Under the pieces are notes generated by a model that saw only the letters and a list, made by a program, of their open reading frames with translations, made no database searches and had not been told where the DNA came from. Both the position numbers and the translations under genes were made by a program. A stretch of DNA of 52,503 nt from a virus. Taxonomy: Duplodnaviria > Caudoviricetes. The DNA is taken from the IMG/VR virus record IMGVR_UViG_3300033417_000012, positions 1-52,503 of that record, one strand, 5' to 3'. How positions within the stretch are numbered: position 1 is the first letter of the stretch; each line of letters begins with the position of its first letter. Positions 46,629 through 52,503 of the stretch are shown here, in pieces.

Positions 46629-46847
46629 ATGGACATAGGTGAACTGTTTCGCGAGGTCGCTTTTCCCATCGCGGTGAGCGCCTACCTGCTGATCGTCACG
46701 ACCCGCCGCCTGGAGCAGATCAACACGTCGTTGCAGGAACTCAAGGCTGAGTTGGTGCTCAAGTTGGCGCTGCTGCTGGATCGCATTGAGCAGAGCAGGG
46801 AGCGCGACGAGGTGATCGAAAGGCGCCGGATGGAGGCCAATAAGTGA
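46629..46847 (+). CDS. YvrJ-like holin-type membrane protein
   Basis: FPIAVSAYLL then coiled coil. Confidence 0.6.
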   Translation: MDIGELFREVAFPIAVSAYLLIVTTRRLEQINTSLQELKAELVLKLALLLDRIEQSRERDEVIERRRMEANK

Positions 46848-47167
46848 TTTGGGATGCGGTCGGCGACGTCATCTCAGCGCATGGATTCCTGACGATCCTT
46901 GGTTGGAGCTATGCGACAGCGATGTTGCTCGGCGGCACGTTGGTCCAGTCACGCGACGAGTTCCTGCGTTGGGGGCTGACGGTGGGAATATACGCTGTGT
47001 TCCTGGAGATCGCCCGGCGCGCGCTGCTAACGAGCATCGGCCAGGAGGTCACGCTCAGGCCGCTTGCGCTGGCTATCATCATGACCCTGATCTACGGCCT
47101 GGGCATCGGAATGGGAATGATTCTGGTCAGGGTGACATCGGCAAGAACGCGAAAACAAGGAGAGTAA
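46844..47167 (+). CDS. Membrane protein (3 TM)
   Basis: Hydrophobic; GTGA coupling. Confidence 0.65.
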   Translation: MIWDAVGDVISAHGFLTILGWSYATAMLLGGTLVQSRDEFLRWGLTVGIYAVFLEIARRALLTSIGQEVTLRPLALAIIMTLIYGLGIGMGMILVRVTSARTRKQGE

Positions 47168-47208
47168 GACGATCATCGGGAGAGACCGAGAGAGGCTTGA
47201 GTAAGGTT

Positions 47209-47889
47209 ATGCGAAGTGCTCTAATTCTTGGGAATGGCCCTAGTATTCAACACCTGTCCCAGGGCGATCTTGTTGGTGACGTTGTATTCGCGTGCAACAA
47301 GATCCACAAGCACCCGCTTTGGGAGCAAGGGTGGCGTCCCGACGTTTGGGTGCTTGGTGATAAGTTTGGTACGCCTGTTCAGGAGATCAGGTCTCTCGTG
47401 AATCTTCACGCTCGTGAAGGTCACGACGCCTGGGTGAAGTCGAGCATTCTTGAGCTTTGCAGCAACACGGAAATGGTAGCGGAAGATCGATGGGATTGGT
47501 TCAGGTACGATCAGATCAGGACCTATGCGAATTGCGCTCATTCTCTTGACTGGCCCCCTGGTGGTTGGCACGATCCTCACATTTGTTGTTTTTCGGGCAG
47601 CGTTTATAGCATGGTGCAAATCGCGGTTTTGTACTATGGTTGCGACGAGGTTTTTTTCATGGGTATTGACGGAAACATATCAAAGGGGAGAACAGGAAAC
47701 CATTTCGCAGACGACTATCAATCCGTCTGGTATGGCCCACCTCTTGTTGACAGGATCAACAAGGAGCTACGTCTTGGGCACGAAATAACTGCGCGAGAGT
47801 TGAGCGCCAGAGACATTCCCGCTGTCAATCTGACACCAAACTCAGCGTTCAGTGCCTACAACTCACAGCCAATGGAGAGAATTCCATGA
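47209..47889 (+). CDS. Second MptE-like/DUF115 putative glycosyltransferase
   Basis: ILGNGPSI, ACN, QIA..YG..EVFFMGID, NHF. Confidence 0.7.
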   Translation: MRSALILGNGPSIQHLSQGDLVGDVVFACNKIHKHPLWEQGWRPDVWVLGDKFGTPVQEIRSLVNLHAREGHDAWVKSSILELCSNTEMVAEDRWDWFRYDQIRTYANCAHSLDWPPGGWHDPHICCFSGSVYSMVQIAVLYYGCDEVFFMGIDGNISKGRTGNHFADDYQSVWYGPPLVDRINKELRLGHEITARELSARDIPAVNLTPNSAFSAYNSQPMERIP

Positions 47890-48371
47890 ATCATGTGCAA
47901 TCTTTATGGGCCAGATTTCATGTTCTGCGCGCTGCGATTCTGTCTTACCTAAATAGGGGTGTGTCGGAAACCGATCAGCGCGTCATTCAGGCAAGACACC
48001 AGCAGCGCATGGTTGCAGAGCAGCTTGTCGAGGCTGGCGCCGCCAGTGGAATTGCTTTTGCGAGGGATGGAGACCTTAGCCCTTTTCAGAAGAAAAAGGC
48101 CAAAGACTTCCAGGTTCAAGATGAGCCGACCAGAGGCCCAAGGGATCAGGTAGTAGGTTTGAAGACCGTTCGATTTTCGGGTGAAGCAGGTAGCGTGAAT
48201 GAGCCTGTCACGGAGAAAACATCTCTCGGTAGCATCGAAGGTTTACTTTGGGAGGCAAGGGTGTCTTCTTCGCTCGGCAGAGGGTTGAGTCATCTGGAAG
48301 GTTCGATTAGAGTCGATTATGTAATCGACAATGATCCAGAGAGCGGCATAGACTTCTACATACCGCTGTAA
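47886..48371 (+). CDS. Hypothetical protein
   Basis: ATGA coupling. Confidence 0.55.
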   Translation: MNHVQSLWARFHVLRAAILSYLNRGVSETDQRVIQARHQQRMVAEQLVEAGAASGIAFARDGDLSPFQKKKAKDFQVQDEPTRGPRDQVVGLKTVRFSGEAGSVNEPVTEKTSLGSIEGLLWEARVSSSLGRGLSHLEGSIRVDYVIDNDPESGIDFYIPL

Positions 48372-48389
48372 GATGTGATGGGAGGAACG

Positions 48390-48605
48390 ATGGCAAACGA
48401 ATATGAAGGAATGAGCCTAGAGGACCTTGAGGTTGCTCGCGATGATCTCCAGGCGCAAATGGACTCCATAAAGCAGCGATTCCGAGCAGCCGGAATCGCG
48501 CTCGAAAAAGCGCGCGCAAGCACACCGAAGGCAAAGGCGTTGAAGAAGCTACATGATGCAACGGCCGAACTTGCGTCGTTGCAAGCGGAGGTGAGCGATG
48601 GCTGA
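48390..48605 (+). CDS. Small coiled-coil protein
   Basis: GGAGG RBS. Confidence 0.65.
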   Translation: MANEYEGMSLEDLEVARDDLQAQMDSIKQRFRAAGIALEKARASTPKAKALKKLHDATAELASLQAEVSDG

Positions 48606-49053
48606 GGGCGATGGCGTTATTTATAACGCGTTCAAAGAAGATGTCATGGAGGGTATTCATGACCTCGCAACGGGTGGCGACACCTTGGAGGCCACGCTTC
48701 ACACCAGCTATACGCCCGACATTGACACGCACGTTGTTTGGGCGACTTCTGGTGTTTCGAGCACGGAGTATGGATCGGGGTCTGGCTACACCGCTGGTGG
48801 AGAATCTCTTGCCAGCCAGGATGTCACCCAGGACAACACAAACGACCGCGGCGTATTCGATGCCGCAGACGTAACCTGGACATCGCTCGGTCCGCTTTCG
48901 CCAGCAACACCAGGGCACGTCATCTTGTGGAACAACACACCGGCTACTCCAGCAGACCCCTTGATTGCCTATTGGGAGCTTGGAACCACGGCGACGAATG
49001 GTGGTAACTACACGCTTCAATGGGGCGCAAACGGGATCATCCTGCTGACCTAG
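48598..49053 (+). CDS. Virion structural protein, fibre-associated (FDAADVTW type)
   Basis: GY.AGG..L, FDAADVTW, NGG.YTLQW motifs. Confidence 0.65.
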   Translation: MAEGDGVIYNAFKEDVMEGIHDLATGGDTLEATLHTSYTPDIDTHVVWATSGVSSTEYGSGSGYTAGGESLASQDVTQDNTNDRGVFDAADVTWTSLGPLSPATPGHVILWNNTPATPADPLIAYWELGTTATNGGNYTLQWGANGIILLT

Positions 49054-52000
49054 ATGTATGGTGTATGGGGTGTCGGTCGAGCAAACTACGAAACGGTAGC
49101 CAACCAGCTTGGTGCGGATACCGTTACGACGTTTTTAAGTGTTGCGAATCCGTCTGACCTGGGACCAACGTTTGACGACGCCATAGCCAATGGTCTGCGC
49201 GTCATCATTGGTGTCAGGGAGTCTCCTGAGGTCGCGTGGACCTGGACCGAGAACGCTGGATCGAACATCTTTCCGAGCACTGCACCGGAAGGGGTCTGGT
49301 CCTGGCACGGTTTCTTCGACACGCTGTTCAACCTCCTCAATACAACACCCGCATATCAAGACGCCTTCGAGGGTCTATACATTCGCGACGAACCCTATTG
49401 GGCTGGTCGCGAATGGTGTGTTGGGTTCTGGACAGAATTCCAGATGCGGAGGTTGCGCGCGCAACTAAGAGAGGTCGTGCCTGGACTGAAGGTTTACTAC
49501 GACTTCGGTGGCTTGCAGTGGGATGATTGGGCGCGCGGCATCGACGTCCCACCCGCAAGCGCCGGATGCTATGAGGGTCTGACCTACGTTACCGATCAGG
49601 CGTTTGACATCCTTACGATCTATGATCCTCCCTTCCTGGATGGCCAGGAGTACGATCCAGCGCTTGCGATCGCCAGGATCGACAATGCCCGTCAGGTGAT
49701 CGAGAGAAACAATCTCTCGATCAAGCTACTTTATCTATGCAGTGCTTATGCGTTTTCTGGCCCAGGGTATCGGATGCCCACCGAGGCCGAAGCTGCGCAG
49801 TACGTTCAGGACGTTTGGGACGCTGGTAAAGACATCCTCGCCGGTGTGCTTTGGTACACGTGGCCTGGGTTGGTCCAGTACGACGATGGGATCAGCACCA
49901 ACCCGCAGCTGTGGGACGAGATCGCAGCGGGTGCTTCCGTGGTCAACGCCCCGCGCTGGACAGAGGAACCGGCGAGCCGAGCGCTCAAAGCCGCGACCTT
50001 TGTCGATCCTGACAACCCGGCGAAAAAGCGGTTGATAGCGTCGGTTGCACCGCTGCATTACCAGGACGAGGGCGGTGTCTGGCAACCCGCAGATATGAGC
50101 GTCAGGCGGGTGACGAACGCGGCGCTAGATGGTTGGATCGCTGACAGCGCGGGGTGGCATTATGCCCTTGGTCAGCCGAGCGACAAGGCTAGCGACGGAT
50201 GGTTTGGGTTCGGGGGTCGCCGCGGCCAGCACTGGCTAGAGTTTCGGTTGTTTCGGATTGGGTATATCCACTGGCCCACGCGCACAGCAGATTTGTTTTC
50301 TGGTGCTCCAACCTACAGTAGAGCCAATCTATCTCAGGAGACAGTGACCAGGACAATGCCTGACGGTAGCGAGAGGGTTGCTGTTACCTCTGCAACTTGG
50401 TCCGATCTGTGGCCTGCTCTGCCTGGAGAAGCGCAGGTGGACATGCGCTTCGGGGCAAAGACCGGACGACTTAAGATTGATGTGGTTCTAAATCAGGCGA
50501 CGCGCACCTGGGTTCAGGACAACCACCCTCCGGCGACCCCCGCCGCTGAAACCTATTTCGGGGTGATATTTCAAATCGACTGGAACGACATCCCAAAGAT
50601 CATCCGTCAGGCGGTCGAGCAGAATAGGGACGGAGATTTCTCCGACGACGGCCAGGGGATCGAGCTTCGAAACGCGCTCGATGAGCTGCTCGCTTTTATG
50701 CCGCTCGACTTTGCATACGTTGAGCGCGAGGACGACGTACCGGCGACCGTCGCGCTGCGGAAACGCTTCTGGCAAGAGGACGGTAACTTCTTCCTGCTGG
50801 TCGGCGCGCCGGTTCCTGAGCTGGCCGCCTTGCCCGCGGGCAACCTGGTGTTTGACCCGACGATTGACACTTCGATTGCCGCCAGCGCCGATGATGCCTA
50901 CGAGTTCACCCAGGATACAGGGTTCACCTATACGTCGCCGACGCTTTTCGCTGACAGCTCCTCGACGGCTAGTTTCAATAAGATCGCCGGGATGCGCTAC
51001 GATGGCCTGACCATCCCGGCAGGATCGACGATTGATTCGGCGATCAGTACGCTTTATTGCGTTTCTACTTCATACGACGACCCGAACGTAAGCATCCATT
51101 GTGATGACGTTGACGATTCGGTGGATTTCGCCACCGATCAGGACGTCGAGAACCGCGCGCGCACAACGGCAAGCACCAATTGGGCAGACACGGGAATCGG
51201 TACTGGATTAGCCGATTCACCCGATCACGCCAACGCGCTTCAGGAAGTCGTGGACCGGGCGGGGTGGGCCAGCGGACAGGCGATCACGGTCATATTTCGA
51301 GGTAACGGGGTCGGTGGGAATCGCTTACAGTTTGCGGCCTATGACCACGCATCCGTGGCCGAACCTGCGATCTCGATTGACTACACCGAAGGTGGTGGTG
51401 GTCCCGTCACGATAAGTATGGACGCTCTAACGCTGGCATCGTCCGGTGTGTCGTCGTCTATTTCACCGGGCGCTGTAGCTGTTGGAGCCGGTTCGGTGAC
51501 TCTGGCGGGTTCCCTTCCGTCGCTGGTTGTGTCTCCTGGTGCTGTTTCTGTCTCAATCAATGATTTGTCGCTTTTGTCTTCACCACAGGATTTGACGGTT
51601 GTCCCTGGTGCTTCTTCCGTCCTACTTGCTGCGTTGTCGCTTGTTGGGAGCGCAGAGACCCTCAGTCTTATTCCTGGTGCGATCAGCATTCAAGCAGGTG
51701 AGCTTACGATTGCTTCATCGCCGGAAGATCTGTCTGTAACAAGTGCTACATCGGTGCTCTTGGATGTGCTAACGGCGGTCGGGGCCACCCAAGATTTGTC
51801 GGTCGTCGCGGGTGCTGTCTCAGTTCTCATGGATGTGCTCTCGCTGATTTCTAGCACTGAAGACCTGACGGTTGTTGGCGGGGCTGCGTCGGTCTTGCTC
51901 GACGAGCTTTCCGCTGCCTCAAGCGCGGACTCTCTTTCGGTTGTTACAGGTGCAATAGCGGTTCTCCTTGACGCTCTTTCTCTTGCATCCAGCGCAGAAG

Positions 52001-52503
52001 ACTTGACGGTATCTCCAGGGGCCGTCGCTATTCTTATGGATGTTCTCAGTGCAGTATTTTCGCCGGAGGACTTGACTGCTGGTTCAGTTGCATCGATCTT
52101 GCTTGACGCCCTGAGTGCGTCACTTGCCATAGAAGCACTCAGTGTCGTTCCTGGTGCAACGTCTGTGGTCGTTAACGATGTCTCTCTGGTTGGCTCTCCT
52201 GAAGGTTTAGACGTCGCCCCTGGTGCTGTCGCGATTGTCTTGGACGATCTTTCGATCACGGGAAGCATCGAAGATTTGTCCGCGCAGGTTGGCGAGGTTT
52301 CAATCCTGCTCGAAACCCTGAGCGCGGCGCTCTCAACACCTTCGTTTGTGGTGGTCCCTGGTGACGCCAGCGTTTTGCTGGACGCTTTGTCCCTCGCAAG
52401 TTCTATTGAGGCACTTCAGGTTGCGGGTGGTGACGCAGGCATCTTGATGAACACGATTGAGATCGCCGGATCAACTGTGTCTTTGCAGGTCATCCCTGGT
52501 GCT
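49054..52503 (+). CDS. ~1349-aa fibre-like protein: GH-like N-domain, middle domain, carbohydrate-binding-like domain, 23-aa repeats (continues to 694)
   Basis: ATG immediately after upstream TAG; no in-frame stop when read by hand to the window end. Confidence 0.85.
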   Translation, partial: MYGVWGVGRANYETVANQLGADTVTTFLSVANPSDLGPTFDDAIANGLRVIIGVRESPEVAWTWTENAGSNIFPSTAPEGVWSWHGFFDTLFNLLNTTPAYQDAFEGLYIRDEPYWAGREWCVGFWTEFQMRRLRAQLREVVPGLKVYYDFGGLQWDDWARGIDVPPASAGCYEGLTYVTDQAFDILTIYDPPFLDGQEYDPALAIARIDNARQVIERNNLSIKLLYLCSAYAFSGPGYRMPTEAEAAQYVQDVWDAGKDILAGVLWYTWPGLVQYDDGISTNPQLWDEIAAGASVVNAPRWTEEPASRALKAATFVDPDNPAKKRLIASVAPLHYQDEGGVWQPADMSVRRVTNAALDGWIADSAGWHYALGQPSDKASDGWFGFGGRRGQHWLEFRLFRIGYIHWPTRTADLFSGAPTYSRANLSQETVTRTMPDGSERVAVTSATWSDLWPALPGEAQVDMRFGAKTGRLKIDVVLNQATRTWVQDNHPPATPAAETYFGVIFQIDWNDIPKIIRQAVEQNRDGDFSDDGQGIELRNALDELLAFMPLDFAYVEREDDVPATVALRKRFWQEDGNFFLLVGAPVPELAALPAGNLVFDPTIDTSIAASADDAYEFTQDTGFTYTSPTLFADSSSTASFNKIAGMRYDGLTIPAGSTIDSAISTLYCVSTSYDDPNVSIHCDDVDDSVDFATDQDVENRARTTASTNWADTGIGTGLADSPDHANALQEVVDRAGWASGQAITVIFRGNGVGGNRLQFAAYDHASVAEPAISIDYTEGGGGPVTISMDALTLASSGVSSSISPGAVAVGAGSVTLAGSLPSLVVSPGAVSVSINDLSLLSSPQDLTVVPGASSVLLAALSLVGSAETLSLIPGAISIQAGELTIASSPEDLSVTSATSVLLDVLTAVGATQDLSVVAGAVSVLMDVLSLISSTEDLTVVGGAASVLLDELSAASSADSLSVVTGAIAVLLDALSLASSAEDLTVSPGAVAILMDVLSAVFSPEDLTAGSVASILLDALSASLAIEALSVVPGATSVVVNDVSLVGSPEGLDVAPGAVAIVLDDLSITGSIEDLSAQVGEVSILLETLSAALSTPSFVVVPGDASVLLDALSLASSIEALQVAGGDAGILMNTIEIAGSTVSLQVIPGA
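52410..52503. repeat. Terminal overlap, copy 2
   Basis: Matches 1-94 with one mismatch. Confidence 0.95.

Noticed and set aside
46849-47208. N-terminal 120 aa of the 346-aa ORF
   Set aside because: Overlaps the membrane gene 46844-47167 in another frame; the real start is more likely ATG 47209.
52410-52503. Biological direct terminal repeat or DGR template/variable pair (T/A mismatch)
   Set aside because: It falls mid-gene at the contig ends, typical of assembly overlap; no reverse transcriptase is present.

Overview
The window appears to be a complete, circularly assembled tailed-phage genome of about 52,409 bp. Positions 1-94 recur at 52410-52503 with one mismatch. The morphology is siphovirus-like. 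The host is probably a Chloroflexota bacterium, inferred from a secreted protein ending in a 'YQLFLPMIL' sorting-like motif. The leftward arm (about 1.5-22 kb) carries replication initiator, helicase loader, RecT-like, DUF932-like and RadC-like genes, plus an early region of small genes laid out as hairpin-leader cassettes. The rightward arm (22.8 kb to the end, wrapping to 1.43 kb) carries a ParB/DpdA-like/GT2/QueC/QueF-like/YhhQ 7-deazaguanine DNA-modification cluster, then terminase, head, tail and lysis genes. It ends with a ~1349-aa fibre-like protein that crosses the junction and is absent from the ORF track. I saw no integrase, classical repressor, DNA polymerase, tRNA or CRISPR array. 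The most striking unexplained structure is non-coding. Early genes share a Shine-Dalgarno-in-loop mini-hairpin (GCAC-UCAGGAG-GUGC). Structured RNAs in the middle operon (10318-10399 and 8930-9077) carry exposed segments complementary to these leaders, to SD/AUG regions and to the start of the early leader; a third (8647-8746) pairs locally. This suggests a multi-target antisense-RNA timing network. The early region also holds strand-polarised motifs (GGCTGTG, GGGTAGGG), and a 16-bp palindrome (TTCCCGATATAGGGAA) is scattered across the genome. All family assignments come from motifs recognised by eye; no searches were run.
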